From NCBI GenBank assembly GCA_002359655.1, contig DENL01000021.1, positions 1 through 63,446 of the forward strand: 63,446 bases of DNA. The letters are read 5' to 3'. This stretch comes from Rickettsiales bacterium UBA2645. Lineage in GTDB: Bacteria > Pseudomonadota > Alphaproteobacteria > Rickettsiales > UBA1997. Positions 20,548-31,669 of this stretch are shown one piece after another. The notes under the pieces are model-generated. The model was not told where the DNA came from. It did not search any database and was given only the letters and a program-made list of their open reading frames with translations. How positions within the stretch are numbered: position 1 is the stretch's first letter; each line of letters begins with the position of its first letter. The translations under genes were made by a program, and so were the position numbers.

Positions 20548-20577
20548 CTGAATTTTGAACACGTGTTCAAAATTCAG
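20548..20577. repeat. Perfect 30-bp palindrome ctgaattttgaacacgtgttcaaaattcag
   Basis: Sequence equals its own reverse complement. Confidence 0.9.
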
Positions 20578-20796
20578 AGAAATAGTCTTCAGCCCTTTAA
20601 AATCAAAGCGCCAAGCCCATAGGCAAATTCCACTGAAAAATTACAAAAAATCAGTTTTTATTTAAGCAAGATTTTGGCTCTAAAATGAAAAATTATCTGA
20701 TGCTACTACAAGAAAAATTGCGTAAAAAATCACACAAATTTTCAAAATCGTAACGCGATAAAAGCTGATTATGTGAGAAATGTGGAAGAAAAGTTT

Positions 20797-21213
20797 TTAC
20801 TGCAAAATCCAATCCTGCGCTTTTTCGATTTGATTATATTTAAAAATTTTTATTTCGGGATGGACGCGACCTCGTGCAATTCGCGCCACAATTTTTGTAA
20901 AAAATCCTCCCATGCCAAGTGCTGCTTTTTGAAATTTGTGATGATTATTGCCCGCAAAATCTAGATATTCGGCGCGGTTTTTTGCACCCGACCAATAAGG
21001 AAATTTTTTGGAATTAATAATCACTCCTTTAAGCTCGCCATGCTCTGTAAAATATGGATTAATGATACTTGAAATTGTTTGAAAATCATCTGCAGAAAAA
21101 GGGTTTTTTACGTTAAGCAGCAATACGCCGTGATGATCATCAAACTGACAAAATAACTCATTATCAGTTGTAATTTCTTTGAAAGTTACTTCTAAAATCT
21201 CTGATTCAGTCAT
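20797..21213 (-). CDS. STAS/SEC14 (SpoIIAA-like) domain protein
   Basis: FSADDF...FPYW...NHHKFQKAAL...EIKIFKYNQIEKAQDWI pattern. Confidence 0.75.
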   Translation of the reverse strand: MTESEILEVTFKEITTDNELFCQFDDHHGVLLLNVKNPFSADDFQTISSIINPYFTEHGELKGVIINSKKFPYWSGAKNRAEYLDFAGNNHHKFQKAALGMGGFFTKIVARIARGRVHPEIKIFKYNQIEKAQDWILQ

Positions 21214-21340
21214 TGAAGTTTTTTGTTCGAGTTATTGCAAGATTTGATCAAGTAGAAATTTTATAAAAAATCATCGGATGTTTATTTGTCAAAATATAAA
21301 ATGCTAAACTCTTGAACAAGATTAATTTTTTACAAAAAAA

Positions 21341-22249
21341 ATGAAAAATAAAATCACAGCTTTCTCCCTAATCGAATTATCGATGGTTATTTTAATCGTT
21401 GGGGTTTTGATTATCGGCACAATTATGGGAAATAGATTATTTTTAGAATCTCGTATTTCTTCTGCAGCAACTTTAACTCAAAGCTCAGATGTATCCACAA
21501 TTAAGGATCTAGTTGCTTGGTTTGAAACCACAGTTAGCGAAAATATTTCTACTGGAAGTACACTAAAAACTTATATCGATGATGGTGATAGTATCAGTAG
21601 TTGGAATAACTACACTTCGCAATCTAACTCACAATATCGCCTAACTCAATCCACTTCAACTAAAAGACCACTTTATAAAACCAACATAATCAATGGCTTA
21701 CCTGTATTGAAGTTTGATGGTGTTGACGATTATTTTACCATGACAAATTTGGTTGGAAGACACTTTTCATTATTTGTGGTGATAAAAACTAGCGCAGTTG
21801 GCACAACTGGTTTTGCTTATAATGGATTTCCAATTGTCACTTCCGATCAAAGTGGAATAACTAACGACATAATTCCTTTAGCAATTGGCGGAGGTTATCC
21901 AGAAACTTTTGTTGGTAATGCAACTGGCGGATCAGAAAGCACCAACACCTTGGTTGGCAGCAAAAAAATTAATGATAACCTTGCTCACATAGTTTTTGTA
22001 TCACGCAATTATTCGACTGGCACAAAGACTATTTATGTTGATGGCGGTTCAAGCGTTAGCGACAGCATCACTTCTTCTGGCATTATGGAAGCAAACTCCA
22101 GCACAACAATTGGAGGAGATATAGTGAACAGCAAATACACTTCCATTTATATTGCCGAGATAATTATTTTTGATCGCGTTTTATTAGATGAAGAAAGAAA
22201 AGAAGTTGAATCATATTTAAGTAAAAAATGGGGAATTACAATTTCTTAA
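21341..22249 (+). CDS. Prepilin-type N-terminal cleavage/methylation protein with LamG/ConA-like domain
   Basis: AFSLIELSMVILIVG; LVAWFET; INGLPVLKFDGVDDY; IAEIIIFDRVL...VESYLSKKWGI. Confidence 0.8.
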   Translation: MKNKITAFSLIELSMVILIVGVLIIGTIMGNRLFLESRISSAATLTQSSDVSTIKDLVAWFETTVSENISTGSTLKTYIDDGDSISSWNNYTSQSNSQYRLTQSTSTKRPLYKTNIINGLPVLKFDGVDDYFTMTNLVGRHFSLFVVIKTSAVGTTGFAYNGFPIVTSDQSGITNDIIPLAIGGGYPETFVGNATGGSESTNTLVGSKKINDNLAHIVFVSRNYSTGTKTIYVDGGSSVSDSITSSGIMEANSSTTIGGDIVNSKYTSIYIAEIIIFDRVLLDEERKEVESYLSKKWGITIS

Positions 22250-22250
22250 A

Positions 22251-22727
22251 ATGCAAAAAGTATCAATATTTGTCGATGTTCAAAATGTTTATTACACCAC
22301 TAAACAAGCCTATCACAAGCATTTCGATTATAATAAATTTTTTGCACAAGCTACAAAAAATCGTCAAGTCATAAGTGCTTACGCTTATGCAATTAGTCGT
22401 AATGATGAAAAGCAAAAACAGTTTCAAAATATTTTGCGCGGCATCGGATTTGAGGTAAAATTAAAACCATTTATTCAGCGCGTTGATGGCTCTGCAAAAG
22501 GCGATTGGGATGTTGGAATTACCTTGGACATAATTGATGAAGCAAAAAAATCTGATGTGATAATTTTAGTTTCAGGCGATGGTGACTTTGATTTATTGGC
22601 ACAAAAAATTATTCGAGATTTTTCCAAAGAAATTGAAATTTACGGCGTAAAAGATTTAACCGCCGACTCGCTAATTGCTTCCTCATCTAAGTTCTATCCA
22701 ATTGACGAGGGATTGCTGCTAAAATGA
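22251..22727 (+). CDS. NYN domain protein (LabA/DUF88)
   Basis: IFVDVQN, KGDWDVGITLD, SGDGDF. Confidence 0.9.
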   Translation: MQKVSIFVDVQNVYYTTKQAYHKHFDYNKFFAQATKNRQVISAYAYAISRNDEKQKQFQNILRGIGFEVKLKPFIQRVDGSAKGDWDVGITLDIIDEAKKSDVIILVSGDGDFDLLAQKIIRDFSKEIEIYGVKDLTADSLIASSSKFYPIDEGLLLK

Positions 22728-22824
22728 AGAAGATTTCAAGTAATTAGTTGAATTTAAGCCGCTCCTTCATTAATTTTTCGGCGTAGAACTTATAGATTAA
22801 AACCCTCCAACAATTATTAAATTT

Positions 22825-23931
22825 ATGCAATTCGAAGTCGTCAAACCAGTGCTGTTAAAAGCAATTTCAAATGTTAATGGTGCAGTTGAAAAAAAGAACA
22901 CCATTCCAGTTCTGCAAAATATCAAAATCGATGTCAAAGACGGCAAAGTAAATCTAACCGCAACCGACATGGATATTTTAGTCACAGTCAATTTTGATGC
23001 TGATATAAAAAATGGCGGCGCCACAACAGTTCCAGCACAAATGTTTTTTGATATTGTCAGAAAAATTCCTGATCTCTCAGCAATTCTAATTTCGCAAGAA
23101 AGCCCAACAATCCTGCAAATCAAATCTGGCAAATCGAAATATAATCTGCCTTGCATCGATGCTGCTGAGTTCCCCAATCTTTCCGAAGGTGAACTTAGCA
23201 AAGAAATCGAAGTTGATTCTGAAGGCTTGGCAAAAATGATCGATAAAACTCGCTTCGCAATTTCTAACGACGAAACCCGCTATTATTTAAACGGATTGTT
23301 TTTGCAATCTATCAAAAGAGATTCCGGTTTTGAATTAAGATCAGTTGCAACTGACGGACACAGATTGGCCTTGTCTTACCTGCCATCAGAAAATCTTGAT
23401 TCTGAGTTTGGCGTAATTTTACCAAAAAAATCAGTCGCCGAAATCAGACGCATAATTGACGGCAGCAAAAAAATTAAAATCTCTGTTTCTCGCGTTAAAA
23501 TAAAAATTATCGCTGACAATACGGTAATAGTTTCAAAGCTAATTGACGGCGAATTTCCTGATTACGAAAAAGTTTTACCCAGAGCCAATAACCAAATTTC
23601 TGTCATCAATAAAAAATCTTTCTTTGATTGCGTTGACCGCGTTTCTACAGTTGCTACTGATAAGCACAGATCTTTAAAACTGACAATCGAGAACGGTAAA
23701 ATGAATTTGCAAGTCAACACCAATGATGGCTCTTTCGCCTACGAAGAGCTTGATGTGAACTACACCAGTGAAAGAATTGAAACTGGTTTTAATTCGCGCT
23801 ATTTGCTTGATGTCATCAGCCAAATTGACAAAGAAGAATTATTGATGTGCTTCAAAGACAACGCTTCCCCTGCAATTATCGAGGCCAAAGATATGAACTC
23901 GGTTTTTGTTATAATGCCTGTTCGTGTTTAG
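22825..23931 (+). CDS. dnaN: DNA polymerase III beta clamp
   Basis: TIPVLQN, ATDMD, ETRYYLNG, ATDGHRL, GEFPDY, VIMPVRV. Confidence 0.98.
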   Translation: MQFEVVKPVLLKAISNVNGAVEKKNTIPVLQNIKIDVKDGKVNLTATDMDILVTVNFDADIKNGGATTVPAQMFFDIVRKIPDLSAILISQESPTILQIKSGKSKYNLPCIDAAEFPNLSEGELSKEIEVDSEGLAKMIDKTRFAISNDETRYYLNGLFLQSIKRDSGFELRSVATDGHRLALSYLPSENLDSEFGVILPKKSVAEIRRIIDGSKKIKISVSRVKIKIIADNTVIVSKLIDGEFPDYEKVLPRANNQISVINKKSFFDCVDRVSTVATDKHRSLKLTIENGKMNLQVNTNDGSFAYEELDVNYTSERIETGFNSRYLLDVISQIDKEELLMCFKDNASPAIIEAKDMNSVFVIMPVRV

Positions 23932-23933
23932 TT

Positions 23934-25061
23934 GTGAGCCAAATCAGAAAAATTATTCTGACTAACTTCCGCAACTTTCTTTCCAAAAAAATCGAATTTT
24001 CTCATCAGTTAGTTCTGCTCGCTGGAAATAATGGTGCTGGTAAAACCAATATTCTTGAAGGCCTGACTTTACTTGGCAGAGGCTCATCTCTGCGTGGTTC
24101 AGATTTTGAAGAGATGATTTTTGATAGTAAAATTTTATCAGAAAAAAAATCACAATTCACAATTTATGCCGAACTTTCTGATCACGAATTTATCGAAAAA
24201 ATTGGCATTTCTTTTTTGGCAACACAGAAGAAAAAAATTATTGAAATAAATGGTGAAGCCATGATTGGCAAACGCCAAAGCGATTTAAAAAGTCATCTTA
24301 TTAATTTTATTTGTTTAACTCCACAACTAGAACAGCTTTTTATTTTAGGCAAAAGCGAGCGCCGTGATTACCTCGACAAGATTGTTTCTGACCTTGATTC
24401 TAATCACCTTACCCGCATTAATAATTATCAGAAATTGCTCAAAGAAAGATTACTGATTCTGCAAAAATACAACGCCCAAAAGGCTGGCGAAAAATGGCTA
24501 GAAATTATTGAAACTCAAATTGTCGAACTAGGAATGGCAATTGCATCAGCTAGAATTGAAGCTGTAGATTTTTTCAATCGTGCCATTTCTTCTTTTACTT
24601 CAAATTTTCCTAAACCAAAATTGCAAGCCAGCGGCGATATTGAGCAAAGCGTGATGAAACAAAGCGCAGTACAGCTAGAAGAGATTTATAAAAATAAATT
24701 ACGCGAAAATCGCTCGCATGATTTAGCAAATTTTAAAACTAATTTTGGCGTTCATCGCTCAGACTTTGATGCGATTTTTTCAGAAAAAAATATGTCGGCA
24801 ATCAGATCTTCAACTGGCGAACAAAAATCAATTATGATTGGCATTACTTTGGCGCGCGCTAAAATTTCTGCCACTTACAAAAATCAACCAACAATTCTAA
24901 TTTTCGACGAAGTGGTTTCGCATCTAGACGAAAAAAGAAAAACCGATTTATTTGCCGAAGTTAAAATGTCTGGCCTACCAGCTTTTTTTAGCGCAACCAG
25001 TAAAGAACTAATTCCGCAGCAATATTTAAATGACGATTCTTTGCAAATAATTGAAATTTAA
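23934..25061 (+). CDS. recF: DNA replication and repair protein RecF
   Basis: LTNFRN, GNNGAGKTN, ERRDYLD, GVHRSD, STGEQK, FDEVVSHLD; follows dnaN; GTG start at 23934. Confidence 0.93.
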   Translation: MSQIRKIILTNFRNFLSKKIEFSHQLVLLAGNNGAGKTNILEGLTLLGRGSSLRGSDFEEMIFDSKILSEKKSQFTIYAELSDHEFIEKIGISFLATQKKKIIEINGEAMIGKRQSDLKSHLINFICLTPQLEQLFILGKSERRDYLDKIVSDLDSNHLTRINNYQKLLKERLLILQKYNAQKAGEKWLEIIETQIVELGMAIASARIEAVDFFNRAISSFTSNFPKPKLQASGDIEQSVMKQSAVQLEEIYKNKLRENRSHDLANFKTNFGVHRSDFDAIFSEKNMSAIRSSTGEQKSIMIGITLARAKISATYKNQPTILIFDEVVSHLDEKRKTDLFAEVKMSGLPAFFSATSKELIPQQYLNDDSLQIIEI

Positions 25062-25065
25062 AAAT

Positions 25066-25503
25066 ATGAAAAGTGCAAATCTGCTAAAAATTCTAACTAT
25101 TTTTTTCACAATTATCTCGCTTGCTTCCTGCTCTTCCTACAAACCAATTCTTTATCAAAACCAAACTTATTTAGAAAATGGCAAAGAAGTGGCCGACAAA
25201 GAAGTCGAACGTTGCAATAGCGAAGCAAAAGAATATTTAAAACAATTCAAAGCACGTCGCGCCGCCAAAGAAGCTGGTCGCAATGCTGTTATTGGTGGTG
25301 TGATTGGAACTGCAAGCGGCGCAATTTTTGGCCGTACCTTAAAATCAACTTTGATTGGAACTGCAATTGGTGCTGGTTTTGGGGCGGCAATGGGAGCACT
25401 TTCGGTAGCTGGCGAAGACAAAGTCAAGCCCGACCAAATGAAACAAAGATTCGTTGCCCGTTGCTTATCACAAAAAGGTTATGAGGTTTTGGGCTGGGAA
25501 TAG
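25066..25503 (+). CDS. Glycine-zipper lipoprotein
   Basis: Lipobox LASC; GAIFG...GAGFGAAMG glycine zipper; RCLSQKGYEVLGW. Confidence 0.75.
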   Translation: MKSANLLKILTIFFTIISLASCSSYKPILYQNQTYLENGKEVADKEVERCNSEAKEYLKQFKARRAAKEAGRNAVIGGVIGTASGAIFGRTLKSTLIGTAIGAGFGAAMGALSVAGEDKVKPDQMKQRFVARCLSQKGYEVLGWE

Positions 25504-25521
25504 TTTTAGATTTTTAATCAC

Positions 25522-25560
25522 AAAAAAGCCTCGCTCACATTTTGTGAACGAGGCTTTTTT
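25522..25560. terminator. Bidirectional rho-independent terminator
   Basis: aaaaaagcctcg...cgaggctttttt between the convergent lipoprotein gene and groEL. Confidence 0.85.
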
Positions 25561-25583
25561 ATTTTAAATAGATTTTAAGTTCT

Positions 25584-25708
25584 GCAACGCGGAGTTGCTT
25601 TTCTCGCTAGGCTCGAAGACGACTTGCGCCGAGGCGGGGGGCTTAGCCCTCCGCCCGTTTCTAGCTAAAAACATGCGTTTAGCATGTTTTTACCGATCTG
25701 TGATCGGT
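25584..25708. repeat. GC-rich multi-hairpin element in the groEL 3' region (MITE/palindromic-element-like)
   Basis: Hairpins at 25584-25598, 25633-25655, 25666-25692 and 25692-25708; tcgctag repeated at 25604-25610 and 25708-25714. Confidence 0.55.
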
Positions 25709-25710
25709 CG

Positions 25711-27375
<1,665 letters not shown>

Positions 27376-27384
27376 TTAAATTTA

Positions 27385-27672
27385 TTATTCGATAATCGCT
27401 AAAATATCTGACTCTTTCAAGATGATGAGTTCTTTACCATCGAGCTTCACTTCAGTTCCGCCCCATTTCGCAAAAAGAATACGGTCACCCGCTTTCACAT
27501 CCAAAGGAACTCTTTTGCCAGAATCATCGCGAGCACCTTCGCCAACTGAAACGACTTTTCCTTCTGCTGGTTTTTCTTTTGCAGTATCTGGAATGATGAT
27601 GCCGCCAGCGGTTTTGCTTTCGGCTTCAATGCGCTCAACAAGAACGCGATCATGTAAAGGTCTGACTTTCAT
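27385..27672 (-). CDS. groES: Co-chaperonin GroES
   Basis: [27 protein letters not shown]. Confidence 0.99.
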   Translation of the reverse strand: MKVRPLHDRVLVERIEAESKTAGGIIIPDTAKEKPAEGKVVSVGEGARDDSGKRVPLDVKAGDRILFAKWGGTEVKLDGKELIILKESDILAIIE

Positions 27673-27729
27673 GTTTAGTTTAAAATAAAGTTTAAGGGAA
27701 ATTAAAAAATCTAGATTTGTTAAGCCTCA

Positions 27730-27757
27730 ATATAATGAGGTTTGAATTTTTGACAAG
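27730..27757 (-). promoter_or_regulatory. Putative RpoH (sigma32)-type promoter of groESL
   Basis: Minus strand cttg-N16-cattatat resembles the alphaproteobacterial heat-shock consensus CTTG...CYTATNT; no CIRCE element seen. Confidence 0.5.
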
Positions 27758-27783
27758 AGTACTCAAGTAAAAAATTTTTAAAA

Positions 27784-28176
27784 TTACTGTTTATCGTCTA
27801 TAGCACCGACTGATCTCTCAATAGCTTTTTCAACTTCGTGTTGAAGCTCTGCTAATCCATTTTGGTTAGCAGGTAAACTGTAATAATTGTCATAATCAGA
27901 ATAATGATTTTGTGTCGGTGTATCGTAATAGTTATTATAATAGCGCGAGTTTGGCACTGGCTGCGGTGAATAATAATTTTGTGGAGGATAATAATAGTTT
28001 TGGTTTTGCGGAGGGTAATAATATTGTTGTTGCGGAGCCTGCTGTGGATAGTATGGCTGATAATTATTATAAGGCTGAATTTTTTCTTTTTTTGCAAATA
28101 TTTTACAAGAGCACAGGGATAGAGCTACCGAAAAATAAAAGATAATTTGGCAAACTTTTGTCTTTGTCACTAGCAT
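27784..28176 (-). CDS. Tyr/Pro/Gln/Asn-rich small lipoprotein (paralog 1)
   Basis: Lipobox LCSC; low-complexity QQQYYYPPQNQNYYYPPQNYY; motif SRYYNNYY...DYDNYYSLP. Confidence 0.65.
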   Translation of the reverse strand: MLVTKTKVCQIIFYFSVALSLCSCKIFAKKEKIQPYNNYQPYYPQQAPQQQYYYPPQNQNYYYPPQNYYSPQPVPNSRYYNNYYDTPTQNHYSDYDNYYSLPANQNGLAELQHEVEKAIERSVGAIDDKQ

Positions 28177-28211
28177 GAGGAAGCCCTCAAAAAATTATAT
28201 TATAGCACATC

Positions 28212-28463
28212 TTAATGTAGCAGCTCATCAAGTTTTCCTGAAGCGTCGAGAGCGTAAAGATTGTCACAACCGCCAATGTGTTTTTCATTAATAAAAATTT
28301 GTGGGACTGTCATTCTACCACCAGATTTTTTTATCATCTCTTCTTTTGTCGCATCGTCAACAATTTTTATTTCTGTGAATTCGGCGCCCTTTCTTTTTAA
28401 AAGCGCTTTGGCTTTCACGCAATAAGGGCAAACCTCTTTGCTATAAATTATTATTTTTAGCAT
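28212..28463 (-). CDS. grxC: Glutaredoxin 3
   Basis: CPYC, TVPQIFI, HIGGCD. Confidence 0.95.
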   Translation of the reverse strand: MLKIIIYSKEVCPYCVKAKALLKRKGAEFTEIKIVDDATKEEMIKKSGGRMTVPQIFINEKHIGGCDNLYALDASGKLDELLH

Positions 28464-28468
28464 AAATA

Positions 28469-28948
28469 TCAGTAGTTTAAATTACCTTGGGCACCAGTCG
28501 ATCTTGGTTGCTCGTTATTATTATAATAAGCATTAGGAGGAATATAATATTGGTCAACATCAGAACGCTGGTAATAGTTTGGTGAAGGTGGAATTGCGTA
28601 AGGATTGGCATAATATCGCGATCCTCCACCTTGGGGATATTGCTGCGCAGGATAATTCTGTTGGTAAGGAACTTGTGGAGCTCCATAAACAGGCTGTGGC
28701 ATAACATAGCTTGGATAAGATTGTTGCTGTTGACGATAATAGTAATCTGGCGGGGCAGCACTGGCAGCTTTGGGATTTGGTGCTACAACTGGCCTAGCTC
28801 CTTCATCAAAACCAGTTCTATCGTAAAGATATGGATCGTTATTAATACAAGCAGCAAGAAGTAATAAGCAAAAGCAGATGATTATATTTAGAAGCCTTTT
28901 ACAACAAGCAATTTTATTTGAACTGTTCAACAGGTTTAACAAAAGCAT
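28469..28948 (-). CDS. Tyr/Pro/Gln-rich small lipoprotein (paralog 2)
   Basis: Lipobox LAAC; motif SRYYANPY...NYY...DVDQYYIPP. Confidence 0.65.
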   Translation of the reverse strand: MLLLNLLNSSNKIACCKRLLNIIICFCLLLLAACINNDPYLYDRTGFDEGARPVVAPNPKAASAAPPDYYYRQQQQSYPSYVMPQPVYGAPQVPYQQNYPAQQYPQGGGSRYYANPYAIPPSPNYYQRSDVDQYYIPPNAYYNNNEQPRSTGAQGNLNY

Positions 28949-28962
28949 TTACAAAAATTAAA

Positions 28963-29352
28963 TCAGTATTTTCCGCCATCGCCAGAAGAACTACTATTAT
29001 GTGGATTCCGAACAGTATTACCTGTGGCTATGGCTCTATTATTTCGATAGTAATTATCCTGCTCATAGCCTGAATATGGCAATGGTGCAACATAGTATTG
29101 GTCAGAGTCGTAATATGGATAATAATTTTGTGGTGAGTAAGAATATGGATTACTGTAATATCTCGAATAATGATAATTTCGCGGAGCGTATTCCTGCGGA
29201 TAATAAGGTACAACAGGAGAATATTGCTTCGGAACTGCATAATCATAAGCCTCGCTATTAACTTCTGTGCCTGCGCAAGAAAGCAAGGCAAAACAAAAAA
29301 TCGAGCAGTAAAACCACTTAATAAGTCCTTCAAGAATTTTGCCACTTTTCAT
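28963..29352 (-). CDS. Tyr/Pro-rich small lipoprotein (paralog 3)
   Basis: ATG at 29352; lipobox LLSC; motif SRYYSNPY...NYYPYYDSDQYYVAP. Confidence 0.65.
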   Translation of the reverse strand: MKSGKILEGLIKWFYCSIFCFALLSCAGTEVNSEAYDYAVPKQYSPVVPYYPQEYAPRNYHYSRYYSNPYSYSPQNYYPYYDSDQYYVAPLPYSGYEQDNYYRNNRAIATGNTVRNPHNSSSSGDGGKY

Positions 29353-29480
29353 TTTAGGATACCAAAATTTCGAGGGCCGCGCAAAGTAAATATCAAAGAC
29401 GCAAAAACAACAATCTATTGCAAAATTTTTACATTGATTTGAGTTTGTTTTAAAAAGTAACAATTCCAAACTTTAAAAAT

Positions 29481-30506
29481 ATGGAAAACCGCGACGAAAA
29501 ATTTATTTCTTACGCACTTAATTTAGCAAAAAAAAATATTGGAATTACAGCTCCAAACCCAACCGTTGTATGCGTTATAGTTAAGGACAATCAAATTATT
29601 TCAACTGGCATCACAGCTAAAAATGGCAGACCTCACGCAGAAAAAATTGCTATCGAAAATATCAGTAACAAAAAAACTTTAGAAGACGCAGAAATTTACA
29701 TTACGCTCGAACCTTGTTCACACTTCGGAGAAACCAGCCCATGCGCCGATGAAATCATAAAATATAAATTCAAGAAAGTAGTAATTGCCACGCTTGACCC
29801 AGACCAAAGAGTGAATGGCAATGGGCTGAAAAAAATTCAAGAGGCAGGAATTAACGTAGTTTTTCCAGTTTTAGAAAAAGCTGCGCAAGAAATTAACCGT
29901 GGTTTTTTTAAAGCAAAAAAAACTGGACTACCTTTCGTAACGCTAAAACTAGCAACCAGTTTAGATGGTAAAATCGCTACTAAAAATTTCGACAGCAAGT
30001 GGATTACCAGCGAAAAAGCACGAGAATTTTCTCACCTTTTGCGCGCTAAAAATGATGTGATCTTGGTTGGTGCAAACACAGTTCGTCAAGATAATCCAAG
30101 TCTTGATTGCCGTATTTTAGGTCTTCAAGATTACTCGCCACAACCAGTCATTATAAGCAATAAAAATGATTTTGATCCTGAGCTAAAAATTTTTTCTAAA
30201 CAAAAAAAATCGCCAATAATACTTAAAGGAACACCTGAAAATATTTTAAAAAAACTTTGCCTAGATGGGTTTAACTCGGTTTTAATTGAAGGTGGGAAAA
30301 ATATTGCGACTCAATTTTTACAAGAAAATTTAGTCGATGAGTTAGTTTGGATCAGAAATAAAAAAATTATTGGAAGCGACGGCATCAGCGCAATTGGCGA
30401 GATGGGATTTTCTTCAATTAGCCAGATTTTGGATAACTTTATCAGAATAGAAATTCGTGAACTAAAAGAAGATTTGATTGAGATTTACCAAATTAATTCA
30501 CGATAG
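29481..30506 (+). CDS. ribD: Bifunctional riboflavin deaminase/reductase RibD
   Basis: PNP, HAE, TLEPCSH...PC, KLATSLDGKIA, LIEGG. Confidence 0.95.
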   Translation: MENRDEKFISYALNLAKKNIGITAPNPTVVCVIVKDNQIISTGITAKNGRPHAEKIAIENISNKKTLEDAEIYITLEPCSHFGETSPCADEIIKYKFKKVVIATLDPDQRVNGNGLKKIQEAGINVVFPVLEKAAQEINRGFFKAKKTGLPFVTLKLATSLDGKIATKNFDSKWITSEKAREFSHLLRAKNDVILVGANTVRQDNPSLDCRILGLQDYSPQPVIISNKNDFDPELKIFSKQKKSPIILKGTPENILKKLCLDGFNSVLIEGGKNIATQFLQENLVDELVWIRNKKIIGSDGISAIGEMGFSSISQILDNFIRIEIRELKEDLIEIYQINSR

Positions 30507-31669
30507 ATTGCGATGGTATCATCGCACATTTTTTCGTTAGAGAAATTTTTTACGATATGGTCGCGCGCACTTTTGCCCATTGCCTTTGCTTCTTCTTGAG
30601 AAAGTTCCAAAGCACGATCAATTAATTCTGCAAGGTGTTCTTGATCATCAACTTCGACTAAAAATCCCGTTTTATTTTCAATTACGGTTTCAAGACTGCC
30701 GCCAATTTTAGTAGCAATTGTAATTCTTTCCATTGCTTGCGATTCAATAGCGACGCGACCAAAAGCTTCTGGCCTTACACTTGAAGAAATCACAATATGC
30801 GACACGGCGTAAGCTGTTGGCATTTCCTTGCAAAGACCAACAATTTTGACTTTGCCTTCCAAGCCAAATTGCAAGACCATTTCTTCGATTTTTTTTCTAA
30901 ATTTTTTGTGACCATGATCAGAGCCAAGCATGATACAACAAAAATCATTTCTGACTTTTGCCAAAGACTTAATCAGAAACTCATGCCCTTTCCAAGCGGT
31001 GAAACGAGCTGGCAATAAAATAATTTTATGATCCTCCGGAATGTTCCACTGATTAATCAAGTTGACGATTCGGGTTTGCGAAACTTTTTCTAAATTAAAG
31101 TATTTAAGATCAACTCCACGCTGAATAACTTTAATTTTATTTATGATTTTTGCATCTAAAGGCTGATTTCTTTCACCGTAGTTTTTTACCAAATATTCTT
31201 TAATAAAATTAGAAACAGCGATGACTCGGTCCGCCTTTAGCATCATAGAATTATAAATTTTTTTCAGTGGAAAAACTTTCCAATTCATTAGATCTAAAGA
31301 GTAAGTTCCATGAACCGTAGAAACCAATTTTGTCTTGGTTTTTTTGCAGGCAAAATATGCGCTCCACATTGGCGCTCTTGATCTAACATGAATCAGATCA
31401 ACTTTGTATTGCGCTATTAAATGAATGATTCTTTTGATGTTTAAAAAAATAGTTAGCGGATTTTTGCTATCGACTGGAAGCGTTATGTGAGTAATACCAG
31501 CTTCGCGCAATTGGTAGGTTAAAATACCACCTTTTGAAACTACTATTGGCTCAAAATTAGCCTTCTTAAGTGCACGAGCAATATCGACTGTACCTCTTTC
31601 TACACCGCCATTTTCTAATGCTGGTAGAATTTGCATTACCACGGGTTTTTTGTTATTAGTAGTCATCAC
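30485..31669 (-). CDS. Glycosyltransferase family 4
   Basis: GGVERG, HVRSRAP, RFTAWKG, EAFGRVAIE. Confidence 0.92.
   Translation of the reverse strand: MMTTNNKKPVVMQILPALENGGVERGTVDIARALKKANFEPIVVSKGGILTYQLREAGITHITLPVDSKNPLTIFLNIKRIIHLIAQYKVDLIHVRSRAPMWSAYFACKKTKTKLVSTVHGTYSLDLMNWKVFPLKKIYNSMMLKADRVIAVSNFIKEYLVKNYGERNQPLDAKIINKIKVIQRGVDLKYFNLEKVSQTRIVNLINQWNIPEDHKIILLPARFTAWKGHEFLIKSLAKVRNDFCCIMLGSDHGHKKFRKKIEEMVLQFGLEGKVKIVGLCKEMPTAYAVSHIVISSSVRPEAFGRVAIESQAMERITIATKIGGSLETVIENKTGFLVEVDDQEHLAELIDRALELSQEEAKAMGKSARDHIVKNFSNEKMCDDTIAIYRELIW

Larger units (their letters stand above)
19923..20772 (+). repeat. Identical 27-bp direct repeat aatcgtaacgcgataaaagctgattat at 19923-19949 and 20746-20772
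   Basis: Exact match read from the sequence; one copy is inside the OMF gene, the other is intergenic. Confidence 0.85.

Noticed and set aside
27673-27783. CIRCE element upstream of groES
   Set aside because: No TTAGCACTC-N9-GAGTGCTAA match found
27852-29442. Ile-rich alternate-frame ORFs overlapping the Tyr-rich lipoprotein genes; also considered a CRISPR or tandem repeat array
   Set aside because: By-products of TAT/AAT codon runs; no regularly spaced nucleotide repeats with spacers
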